Assembly (NCBI GenBank): GCA_041740355.1
Contig: JBGSMD010000068.1
Location: forward strand, 1 to 22,294
DNA length: 22,294 nt
Direction: 5' to 3'
Source: Bdellovibrionota bacterium
Lineage (GTDB): Bacteria; Bdellovibrionota_C; UBA2361; CALJRW01
The notes under the pieces are model-generated. The model did no database searches and had not been told where the DNA came from. It worked only from the letters and a program-made list of their open reading frames with translations. Positions 1 through 7,905 of this stretch are shown here, piece after piece. Both the position numbers and the translations under genes were made by a program. Position 1 is the stretch's first letter; the number at the start of each line of letters is the position of its first letter.

Positions 1-2
1 GC

Positions 3-154
3 GGTGAGTTTAAGTTTTGTCTTTTACGGCGTAACTTGGCTTCAGACTTCGCCCCCTCCTCCGCTAAAGCTATGGCGGACAAGAAGGCTACGTCTGATAA
101 AAAAGCCAAGATTACGCTCGCCCTCCGCAAATTTCATCTGCGGAGGGTTTAATA
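3..154 (-). repeat. Two-hairpin structured element, copy 1 (possibly truncated by the window edge)
   Basis: Stems 29-42/103-117 (one bulge) and 121-129/139-147. Junctions TACGGC (25-30), CGCTCGCCC (115-123) and GGGTTTAATA (145-154) recur in the same order at 21995-22098. Confidence 0.65.
42..97. repeat. Nested pair of REP-like palindromic repeats
   Basis: Inner copy 54-83 (ccctcctccgctaaagctatggcggacaag) splits an outer copy tcagacttcgcc|aaggctacgtctga. Both match the copies at 4023-4050 and 21755-21786. Confidence 0.7.
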
Positions 155-173
155 ATCATAACTGCAAATACTT

Positions 174-953
174 TTAAGAAGCACTATCACCTCTAGTAAA
201 AACCAAATTATTGGTAGTCGATAATTTAGCATTAAAGCTATAATTTTGACGAGTAAACTTTTTTATTCCATTTAAATCATTAATACGATTAAGCACAATA
301 TAGTCTGTCATTTCGCCACGTGCTTTTTTTGCTGAAATTCCTACTATCTTATAGCTATTTCCTTTTCTCTCTTTAAAATCAACCTTAATAACAGGAATAT
401 TAAGCTTTGGAGTTATAACCTTAAAGTATTCTTCTGATGCTAAGTTAATGATAAATTTTGCTGATAATTTCTTGGCATCCTTGTTTAGTTGCAGGGATAC
501 TAGATCTGACCAAAATTGATATAAATTCTTTCCTTTTGGATTAACAAGTCTAGTACTCATCTCTAATCGATAAGGCTGCATCAAATCAAAGGGGCAAAGT
601 AGGCCATAAAAGCCAGAAAGAATCCTAACTCTATCCTGTAGAACTTTAAAGTCTGCTGCTTTATATTTTTCAAAATCAAAGGCTTGATAAACATCACCCT
701 TAAAAGCCAAGATTGCCGGTTTCGATTTTTCTTTACTGTCAATGTTTTGGTAGCTTTTAATGAACGAGGCAACTTGATTAGCTAATTTATCACTAATCGA
801 CATTAACTTTTTAAGATCATTTAACTGGAGTTTTTGGAGAACTTTTGCCAACTCCGCAGTTTCTTCTTTAAAGATACGCTTAGTTGGAGAAACTTTAATT
901 GCCGACTCCGAAAAATCTAGCGTCTTGGCAGGTGAAATCAAAATAATCATCAA
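174..953 (-). CDS. yaaA: Peroxide stress protein YaaA (DUF328/UPF0246)
   Basis: Family motifs ISPAKTLDF, LMSISDKLA, FKGDVY, ILSGFYGLL.PFDLMQPYRLEM, INLASEEY, AKKARG; 259 aa. Confidence 0.95.
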   Translation of the reverse strand: MMIILISPAKTLDFSESAIKVSPTKRIFKEETAELAKVLQKLQLNDLKKLMSISDKLANQVASFIKSYQNIDSKEKSKPAILAFKGDVYQAFDFEKYKAADFKVLQDRVRILSGFYGLLCPFDLMQPYRLEMSTRLVNPKGKNLYQFWSDLVSLQLNKDAKKLSAKFIINLASEEYFKVITPKLNIPVIKVDFKERKGNSYKIVGISAKKARGEMTDYIVLNRINDLNGIKKFTRQNYSFNAKLSTTNNLVFTRGDSAS

Positions 954-973
954 TAAATTTATATAAACAGCGA

Positions 974-2185
974 CTAAACTTTAAAAAGTTTTTTAGCATG
1001 CCATAGGGCTTTTTCCAACTGAAGCAAATCAGATTCCTGACTATAAACTCCAAAACTAATTCTAGCAGTAGAGTTTAAATTCATTGCTTGTAACGCTGGC
1101 ATGGCACAATGAAATCCGGCTCTAATTTGGACATTAAATTGATCACAAATACTTGCTAAATCATGAGGATGCACACTTTCTAAGTTAAAACTTAAGATCG
1201 AAGAAGAACAGCTAGGATCGAGTGCACCATAGACATTAACTCCCGGGATATCTTTCAACATTTCGTTTGCCAATTTAGAAAGAACTTGATCGTTTTTTTG
1301 TATCTGTTCCCAACCTATTTTGCTGACAAAGTCTATTGCTGTTCCTAATCCAATTGCTTCGGCAATTGCTGGAGTACCAGCTTCAAATTTGGCTGGAATC
1401 TCAGCCCAAGTCGATCCAGTAATACTCACGGAGCTAATCATATCCCCCCCACCTTGATACGGAGGAAGATTATTCAATAATTCTTCTCGACCGTACAAGA
1501 CACCAATTCCAGTTGGGCCATAAAGTTTATGCCCTGAAAAAACTAAAAAATCTGTCGCTAAGTTTTGCACATCTATTGGTTGATGCAAAACCGCCTGACA
1601 GGCATCGAGTAAAACCAAAGAGCCAACATCTTTTGCCGCCTTGATCATCTCTTGATAGGGAGTGATAGTACCAAAAGCATTGGAATGCATTGTAAAACTA
1701 CAAATTTTTGGTTGAAACTTGACTAGTTTATCTTTGAAATCAAGCAGATCGATCTGAGCCTCGGGAGTAATTTTAGCATAATGGATTATTAATCCTTGTC
1801 TTTTTGCTTGGATCTGCCAGGGCACTAAATTACTATGGTGCTCTAATTCTGTTAGCAGGATTGTGTCACCAGCTTCAAATTGCTGCAGTAATGTTGAAGC
1901 TATTAAATTTATTCCTTCAGTCGCATTTCGAGTAAAGATAACTTCCTTTGCCGAAGTAGCATTTAGAAATTTTGCGACTTTAAGTCTTGATTCTTCAAAT
2001 TTAATAGTTGCGGAGGCTGATAATTCGTATGCACCACGATGAATATTGGCATACTCATTAGAATAAAAATCTTGAAGACTTCGAAGTACAACTACGGGCT
2101 TCTGGGCACTAGCCGCAGTATCAAGATACGCCAAGTTATTTTGTATATTCGAAAATATTGGAAACTGATCGCGAATTTTATTCAT
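974..2185 (-). CDS. sufS: Cysteine desulfurase, group II (SufS/CsdA)
   Basis: YLDTAASAQKP, ANIHRG, LEHHSNLVPW, PLP lysine motif SGHKLYGPTGIG, FEAGTP, catalytic Cys in RAGFHCA. Confidence 0.93.
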   Translation of the reverse strand: MNKIRDQFPIFSNIQNNLAYLDTAASAQKPVVVLRSLQDFYSNEYANIHRGAYELSASATIKFEESRLKVAKFLNATSAKEVIFTRNATEGINLIASTLLQQFEAGDTILLTELEHHSNLVPWQIQAKRQGLIIHYAKITPEAQIDLLDFKDKLVKFQPKICSFTMHSNAFGTITPYQEMIKAAKDVGSLVLLDACQAVLHQPIDVQNLATDFLVFSGHKLYGPTGIGVLYGREELLNNLPPYQGGGDMISSVSITGSTWAEIPAKFEAGTPAIAEAIGLGTAIDFVSKIGWEQIQKNDQVLSKLANEMLKDIPGVNVYGALDPSCSSSILSFNLESVHPHDLASICDQFNVQIRAGFHCAMPALQAMNLNSTARISFGVYSQESDLLQLEKALWHAKKLFKV

Positions 2186-2292
2186 CTATGTTTTGTAACG
2201 TATATATCGATTATAAGACGAAAAATTGAATTGTTGCTAAGACTTACGAATTAAGCTGTTTATATTTTACCAAAAATCTTATATTAATGACC

Positions 2293-2314
2293 TTATAGCA
2301 AATTTTGCTATAAT
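2293..2314. promoter_or_regulatory. Perfect 10-1-10 palindrome containing extended -10-like boxes on both strands
   Basis: ttatagcaaa-t-tttgctataa (2293-2313) between divergent genes; reads TGCTATAAT on + and TGCTATAAG on -. Confidence 0.45.
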
Positions 2315-2370
2315 TTTGAAATTGATCGCTAGTGTACTAATTAGGTTGTGCTGTTAAACTAAGTGTCTCT

Positions 2371-2379
2371 TGGTATAAT
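2371..2379 (+). promoter_or_regulatory. Extended -10 promoter element
   Basis: TGGTATAAT matches TGnTATAAT, 28 nt upstream of the ATG at 2408. Confidence 0.5.
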
Positions 2380-2407
2380 TCTTTGAATGGACTATAAATT
2401 ATAGATT

Positions 2408-3406
2408 ATGTCATCATATACAATCAAAAAGATTTCATCATCTGTCGAGATTAGAAACGACCGTAGTAACAAGAATAAACAGGTAAAATTTGCTATTATT
2501 CTGTTATTCGTGGGGATTATTTTGTCTTTTTTGTTTACTTTCTTTAACGTCAGTACAAATCAGGCCTATGAAAAATTTGTAGACAGCCTGAAAGTCAATA
2601 ATTTTACTAATGCAATTGTCCATCTAGAGGCATTTGATCGAGTATTTAAATCGAAATATTCTAAATTTAACTCCAAAGAATCTAACAATTTACCCTCTGC
2701 TGATGATCGCAAAAACTTTATTGTTTCTTTAATCAAAGTACTAAGCCAGTTAAGTAATAATGATCGACAAGAGCAACGTAAAGCATTGTTAACCATCAAG
2801 GGAATGTTGAATAATGTTAATAAGTTAACAGCTGGGGTAGGTGGTCGCAATGCTAGATTTAAACAAACAGTTAAACAAGATTATGAGAAATTAGTTAAAG
2901 ATTATAAAGAACTCAGAAAGAAAGAGATTGTTGGACCATTTAGAAAAAAAGAAAATCAAAATAGAATCTATCAACAAAGTGTGCTTTCTCAAGATTTAGC
3001 TAATGAATTCGGTGCATTAATGGGAATTGCCCCTCAAACTCTACGTGGACCAAGCGATCAAACAAAATTCTATGAATCTGGGGCCCTAAAAGGACTTCCC
3101 GTGCTTAATGGACTTCCTGATGATATGAAGGACATGAAGCAACTTAAAGTAGAATTAGAGAAGCTTAGAGGGGAAGTTAGCCTAAGAGGTGGTGCCGATA
3201 CTCCAGAATTATTCCAGAAGCGATTAGAAGAAATTAGGGTTAAGTGTAATGTGTTCTCAGGTCAAATTAAAAAGTTAACCGTTGAGTCTGATGACTATTC
3301 TGGTGATATCACCAAATTAGAGGCAAACTTCTTAAAATCTACCACTAAATTCACAATGGAAACAAAAAACTTCATTGTTGATTATGTCCATCCTTACGTA
3401 AATTAG
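2408..3406 (+). CDS. Hypothetical membrane-anchored, helical/coiled-coil protein
   Basis: 332-aa ORF with one hydrophobic segment (FAIILLFVGIILSFLFTFF) after a basic N-terminus; the rest is K/E/L-rich. No family recognised. Confidence 0.8.
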   Translation: MSSYTIKKISSSVEIRNDRSNKNKQVKFAIILLFVGIILSFLFTFFNVSTNQAYEKFVDSLKVNNFTNAIVHLEAFDRVFKSKYSKFNSKESNNLPSADDRKNFIVSLIKVLSQLSNNDRQEQRKALLTIKGMLNNVNKLTAGVGGRNARFKQTVKQDYEKLVKDYKELRKKEIVGPFRKKENQNRIYQQSVLSQDLANEFGALMGIAPQTLRGPSDQTKFYESGALKGLPVLNGLPDDMKDMKQLKVELEKLRGEVSLRGGADTPELFQKRLEEIRVKCNVFSGQIKKLTVESDDYSGDITKLEANFLKSTTKFTMETKNFIVDYVHPYVN

Positions 3407-3479
3407 TAATTGATTTTTTACCTTTTACTACTCTGTAATAAAGGAATTAGAATTATTTTCAAGATCTGATTTTTTTTTG

Positions 3480-3508
3480 TTGACTGGCAGTATCCTGTAC
3501 AGTAATAT
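3480..3508 (+). promoter_or_regulatory. Putative sigma70 promoter
   Basis: TTGACT (3480-3485), 17-nt spacer, TAATAT (3503-3508), with a T-tract upstream. Confidence 0.5.
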
Positions 3509-3576
3509 GCCCATCCGGCTTCGAAAAAGATGTAAAATTTTCGTTCTTTTGCTAATTTATTCAAGAAAAAATCAAT

Positions 3577-3879
3577 ATGAAAGCATGGTCTAACTCCGAC
3601 ACTTCCAAGAATCTAGGTTTCGTTCCTGAAAAGAAACTATTAGTTGCTGTTTTACAAAGAGCTGTAACTGATTTTGTAACTGGTGATGAAGAAATGAAAT
3701 CTGAATCTTATGATTGGATTATGGATGAAGCTTTATTTGATGAAGAGATTCCTCTCACTTTCAGATTTATTTGCGAAGCATTAGATTTCGATGTTGATAG
3801 CTTAAGAACAGCTATTAAATTACACGCTAATACACAAGGCGCTGATGCAATCAACGCTTTAAAACTAGCGGCAAGTTAG
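3577..3879 (+). CDS. Small acidic hypothetical protein
   Basis: 100-aa ORF with its own putative promoter and terminator. Pattern PEKKLLVAVLQRAVTD...W...TFRFICEALDFDVDSLR; codons biased to GCT/GTT/GAA. Confidence 0.85.
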   Translation: MKAWSNSDTSKNLGFVPEKKLLVAVLQRAVTDFVTGDEEMKSESYDWIMDEALFDEEIPLTFRFICEALDFDVDSLRTAIKLHANTQGADAINALKLAAS

Positions 3880-3905
3880 TAAGAAGATTTTTCTAACTAC
3901 ATTTG

Positions 3906-3951
3906 AGCCCGATTAGATTTTATAGTAAATCTAATCGGGCTTTATTTTTTT
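3906..3951 (+). terminator. Rho-independent terminator
   Basis: 15-bp perfect stem agcccgattagattt (3906-3920) / aaatctaatcgggct (3927-3941), followed by a T-rich tract. Confidence 0.85.
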
Positions 3952-4020
3952 CTCCCCTTTTGAACCACTCAACTTTATCTAATCAATTGGTTCGAACTGT
4001 TGTGGTTCAAAAGGGGAGAA
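3950..4020. repeat. 19-bp perfect inverted repeat
   Basis: ttctccccttttgaaccac (3950-3968) / gtggttcaaaaggggagaa (4002-4020), 33-nt spacer. Confidence 0.85.
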
Positions 4021-4022
4021 TT

Positions 4023-4050
4023 ATCCGACGTAGCTTTAGCGAAGGTGGAT
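4023..4050. repeat. REP-like palindromic repeat, inverted relative to the other copies
   Basis: atccgacgtagctttagcgaaggtggat; its reverse complement aligns with 54-83 and 21755-21786. Confidence 0.75.
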
Positions 4051-4139
4051 CGCTTGCGGACCTCACCCTCTCATAACTTATTTTGAGCAATAAATTCTAA
4101 TTATAAATATAAATTTTTATTCTAAACTAACAAACCCAA

Positions 4140-5930
4140 ATGGAACCCATTAAAGACAACCTCTACAAAATTCGTCATTCCCTCGCCCATGTTATGGCAC
4201 AAGCAATTTTAGAAATACGCCCTAATGCTAAGCTCGCCTTTGGTCCAGCAATCGATAATGGCTGTTATTATGATTTTGATTTTGATCAAGCAATTTCGTC
4301 CGAAGATTTTCAAGATATTGAAAAACGGATGCGAAAAATTATTAATCAAAAGCAAGTATTTGAAGCTTCAAAAAAAACTTTAGCTGAAGCAGTAAATTAT
4401 TTAGATCATCTAAACGAAAACTATAAAGTAGAATATTGCCAAGAACTTGGAGCGCGCGGAGAAACAGAAATTGGATTTTATACCAACGGATCTTTTACAG
4501 ATATGTGCGCTGGCCCTCATGTGGAACACACAGGGCAAATCCCTCATGACTGTTTTGCAATTGATACAATTGCTGGTGCCTACTGGCGTGGAAGCGAAAA
4601 GAATAAACAACTCACTCGAATTTATTGCTTAGTATTTAACACTAAAGCGGAATTAAAAGATTACTTAGCAAAACGAGAGCTGGCTAAACAACGTGACCAT
4701 CGCAAGCTGGGAAAAGAAATGGAGTACTTCATGATTTCCGATCAAGTAGGACAAGGACTTCCACTTTGGTTACCAAATGGAAATGTGATTAAGGAATCTT
4801 TGGAAGTTTTTGCGAAAGAAACTGAAGCACGAAATGGCTATAAAAGAGTAACAACACCAGTTATTGCTAAGGAAGAATTGTTTTATACTTCTGGTCACCT
4901 GCCTTACTACGCATCTGACATGTACCCTCCCATGGAGCTTGAAGGTGAATCAAAATATTACTTAAAACCAATGAATTGTCCGATGCACCATCAAATTTAT
5001 TCGCATCGACCAAGAAGTTACCGAGAATTGCCTCTACGTTTAGCTGAGTATGCACCAGTATATCGCTATGAGTCCTCTGGTAGTCTTTCCGGATTACTGA
5101 GAGTTAGATCCATCTGTCAAAACGATGCACATATTTACTGTGCAGTTGATCAACTAAAAGCTGAGTTAATCAAAACATTTCAGATGACAATTGATTACTA
5201 CAAAAAGTTTCGCTTTGATCAAATTACTTTTCGTTATTCCACTCATAACCCAGAAAAGAAAGAAAAGTTTGTCGACAATCCTGAAATGTGGGCTTTTACT
5301 GAGAAAGTAGTTAAAGAGGTTATTGACGACCTTGGAGTTGATTACATTCTAGGTGAAGGGGAAGCAGCTTTTTATGGACCAAAAATTGACTTCCAAGCAA
5401 AGAGCGTTCTAGGCCGAGAAGAATCAATTGGAACGACTCAGCTTGATTTTGCTCAACCAATCAACTTCGATCTTACATATACGGGTGAAGATGGAGCCGA
5501 GCATCGTCCGTTTATTGTCCACCGTGCTCCACTTGGCTCTCATGAGCGCGTTGTGGCATTCTTAATTGAACACTTTGGCGGCGCCTTCCCAACTTGGATG
5601 AGCCCCGTACAAGTAAAGATTGTACCTGTAAATGCTAGCTGTGCCGAATATGCCGCTAAATTAGCAGAAGAGCTTCAACAAGAGATGGTCCGAGTTGATG
5701 TAGATTACTCAGACAATTCTTTTAATAAGAAAGTACGTGAAGCAATTATGTCCAAGACTCCAAATATTTTGATTATTGGAAATAAAGAAGTTGAGGAAAA
5801 TCAAGTTACTTGGAAAAAATACGTTTCTCAGAAAGAACAAGAAACTATTAGTTTTCCCGAATTCCAACAACGACTACAAGCTGCCATTACTGGTCGTCTA
5901 ATGGATAACTTTGTTGATGTTAAAGTATAG
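4140..5930 (+). CDS. thrS: Threonyl-tRNA synthetase (short form lacking the TGS domain)
   Basis: RHSLAH and DMCAGPHV (editing domain), GAYWRG, RDHRKLG, KPMNCPMH, YRELPLR, GEAAFYGPKID, HRAPLGSHER. Confidence 0.98.
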   Translation: MEPIKDNLYKIRHSLAHVMAQAILEIRPNAKLAFGPAIDNGCYYDFDFDQAISSEDFQDIEKRMRKIINQKQVFEASKKTLAEAVNYLDHLNENYKVEYCQELGARGETEIGFYTNGSFTDMCAGPHVEHTGQIPHDCFAIDTIAGAYWRGSEKNKQLTRIYCLVFNTKAELKDYLAKRELAKQRDHRKLGKEMEYFMISDQVGQGLPLWLPNGNVIKESLEVFAKETEARNGYKRVTTPVIAKEELFYTSGHLPYYASDMYPPMELEGESKYYLKPMNCPMHHQIYSHRPRSYRELPLRLAEYAPVYRYESSGSLSGLLRVRSICQNDAHIYCAVDQLKAELIKTFQMTIDYYKKFRFDQITFRYSTHNPEKKEKFVDNPEMWAFTEKVVKEVIDDLGVDYILGEGEAAFYGPKIDFQAKSVLGREESIGTTQLDFAQPINFDLTYTGEDGAEHRPFIVHRAPLGSHERVVAFLIEHFGGAFPTWMSPVQVKIVPVNASCAEYAAKLAEELQQEMVRVDVDYSDNSFNKKVREAIMSKTPNILIIGNKEVEENQVTWKKYVSQKEQETISFPEFQQRLQAAITGRLMDNFVDVKV

Positions 5931-6079
5931 TGTTTTTAAATAGTCTTTGCCGTAATTAGCAATATAAGAAGAACTCTATTCTATATTTTATTTGCGGTAC
6001 TAAATCGAAGAACTTTATTTACACTCAACTTATATTGCTGTTTTTCGGAAAAGATTTTTGAAATTTATTTTAAAGAATA

Positions 6080-6265
6080 ATGACTACAAAAACTTATTGC
6101 CCACGATGTGAACAAAGGATTACGGAATCAAAGTTTCTACCCTTCTGTTCTAAGCAATGTGCTGATTATGATCTTGGAAAATGGATTAATGAGGAGCATA
6201 AAATTGCCGGGGAAATTTCCTATGATGATGTAGAAATTGCAATTTCAGAAGATGAACTTAAATAG
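6080..6265 (+). CDS. yacG: DNA gyrase inhibitor YacG (zinc finger)
   Basis: CPRC...PFCSKQC..YDLGKW..E with an acidic tail; 61 aa. Confidence 0.92.
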   Translation: MTTKTYCPRCEQRITESKFLPFCSKQCADYDLGKWINEEHKIAGEISYDDVEIAISEDELK

Positions 6266-6309
6266 GGCTTTTCGCCCTCTATCATCTAAGGTTGTAAATC
6301 TTAAGACTT

Positions 6310-6828
6310 TTATATATTGCAAGCATGACTCCAATAAAAGGTATTCGCCCTATGGACTTGTGTGGCTACCCCATCTCTACTAACGGTAGTTGCAATTTCT
6401 CCGTTACATGGAGCGACAGCGATATTAAAACTCACATGATTAGCACTAACTCTACCGGCTAAAGGTGGAGCGGTAAGATCCACAATGGTATAATATTCTC
6501 GGTCAGTATAATATCTACTATTAGGTCCTCCAGTCAAGGAGCGTATCGTATTTTTTGAGGTGTGATTTAGATCAACACAATTCCGAATACTAACAAAGGC
6601 CCCTCCACCATGACAGTAAGACTGAGCAAATCCACTACCAGTCCAAGATTTTACTAAATCATCAATCACTGTTTGCGTCATAGTATACAAATCTTTAGCC
6701 ATAACATTTGCAATTACATGTCGACTTCTGACTCGATATTCATTGAATTGCGAAACACCCATCGAAGCAAGAACTCCAACTATTGCAACGGTGACTAAAA
6801 GTTCTGTTAAAGTAAATCCCTTTTTCAT
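6310..6828 (-). CDS. Type IV pilin-like protein
   Basis: Class III signal MKKG|FTLTELLVTVAIVGVLASMG with Glu at +5; four Cys in a variable C-terminal domain. Confidence 0.9.
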   Translation of the reverse strand: MKKGFTLTELLVTVAIVGVLASMGVSQFNEYRVRSRHVIANVMAKDLYTMTQTVIDDLVKSWTGSGFAQSYCHGGGAFVSIRNCVDLNHTSKNTIRSLTGGPNSRYYTDREYYTIVDLTAPPLAGRVSANHVSFNIAVAPCNGEIATTVSRDGVATQVHRANTFYWSHACNI

Positions 6829-7097
6829 TGCTCTAAATTCATATATCTTTCAACTAATGTTTATCTGCCAATTTAAGAAGGGAGTATTTAAAAACTGGGG
6901 GAAAACCTCAAAAACAACCTAAAAGAGGTGTAAGGGATATCGTTAATTGATCAAGAATACTTTAATTTTCTATTAATAATCTTCTAAAATCATTTCCTCT
7001 AATTGGAATGTAAGATTCTTCACAATTAACTGATTGTATTAATTGAAAATACAGTATCTAAGGAGGCTCAAAATTTTATCTTCATAATATTTAAATT

Positions 7098-7757
7098 TTA
7101 AGAAGAAATAACTTCATTATTTTTTCCATATTTTGCTCGAAGAACCTCAATAACTGCCGGTAAAATTGAAATCACAATAATTGCTAAAATTACCATCGAG
7201 AAGTTGTTCTTTACAATCGGTAAGCCACCAAACAGATAACCTGCACCAACCATTAACAATACCCAAAGCGCAGCTCCGGCAACGTTATACAAAGCAAATC
7301 GAGCATAATTCATTGAGCCAACTCCAGCTAAAAACGGAGCAAATGTACGAATAATTGGAATGAAGCGCGCGATGATAATAGCTTTACCACCATACTTTTC
7401 ATAAAACTTTTGAGTTTTATGTAGATACTCTAATTTAAAGATCTTAGAGTCCTTTCGTTGCCAGACAGCTGGTCCCATGATCGATCCAATTTTATAATTA
7501 ACAGCATCTCCTAAGACAGCGGCGACAAAAATAACTAAACATATGACACTCAGGCTTACTGAGCCTTTAGCAGCAAACGCTCCCGCAGCAAACAATAATG
7601 AATCCCCCGGTAGAAATGGCGTAACTACTAAACCTGTTTCACAAAAAACAATTAAAAATAAAATTAGGTAGGTCCAAGCACCATAGTTAGCAATAATCTG
7701 TGCTAGATGATCGTCGATATGTAAAATGAAATCAAAAATAAAGAAAAGAAAATCCAT
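7098..7757 (-). CDS. dedA: DedA family membrane protein
   Basis: [58 protein letters not shown]. Confidence 0.97.
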   Translation of the reverse strand: MDFLFFIFDFILHIDDHLAQIIANYGAWTYLILFLIVFCETGLVVTPFLPGDSLLFAAGAFAAKGSVSLSVICLVIFVAAVLGDAVNYKIGSIMGPAVWQRKDSKIFKLEYLHKTQKFYEKYGGKAIIIARFIPIIRTFAPFLAGVGSMNYARFALYNVAGAALWVLLMVGAGYLFGGLPIVKNNFSMVILAIIVISILPAVIEVLRAKYGKNNEVISS

Positions 7758-7905
7758 ATTTGTTACTAGAAATTAAAAACAATAGCAGACAAAACATAGC
7801 CTACTCCGAATCAAACTGAAAGTGTCTAATCGACTTAACGCTACTTATCAAAATATTACTTATAAGGATAGTAGTTACTGTGTTAAATCTAGTTAACTAA
7901 TAAAT

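Noticed and set aside
3880-4139. T-box riboswitch upstream of thrS (also considered for tyrS)
   Set aside because: No T-box consensus (GGTGGNACCGCG-like). The hairpins are better explained as a terminator plus repeats, and the tyrS leader is under 100 nt.
581-5055. Short ORFs 581-772, 2039-2254, 2566-2850, 4410-4610, 4447-4632 and 4867-5055
   Set aside because: They overlap longer, well-supported genes in another frame or on the opposite strand, and carry no recognisable motifs.
6829-7097. Sigma54 promoter or c-di-GMP riboswitch upstream of the pilin
   Set aside because: TTGGCA is present on the minus strand but has no correctly spaced TTGC, and no GEMM consensus is seen.
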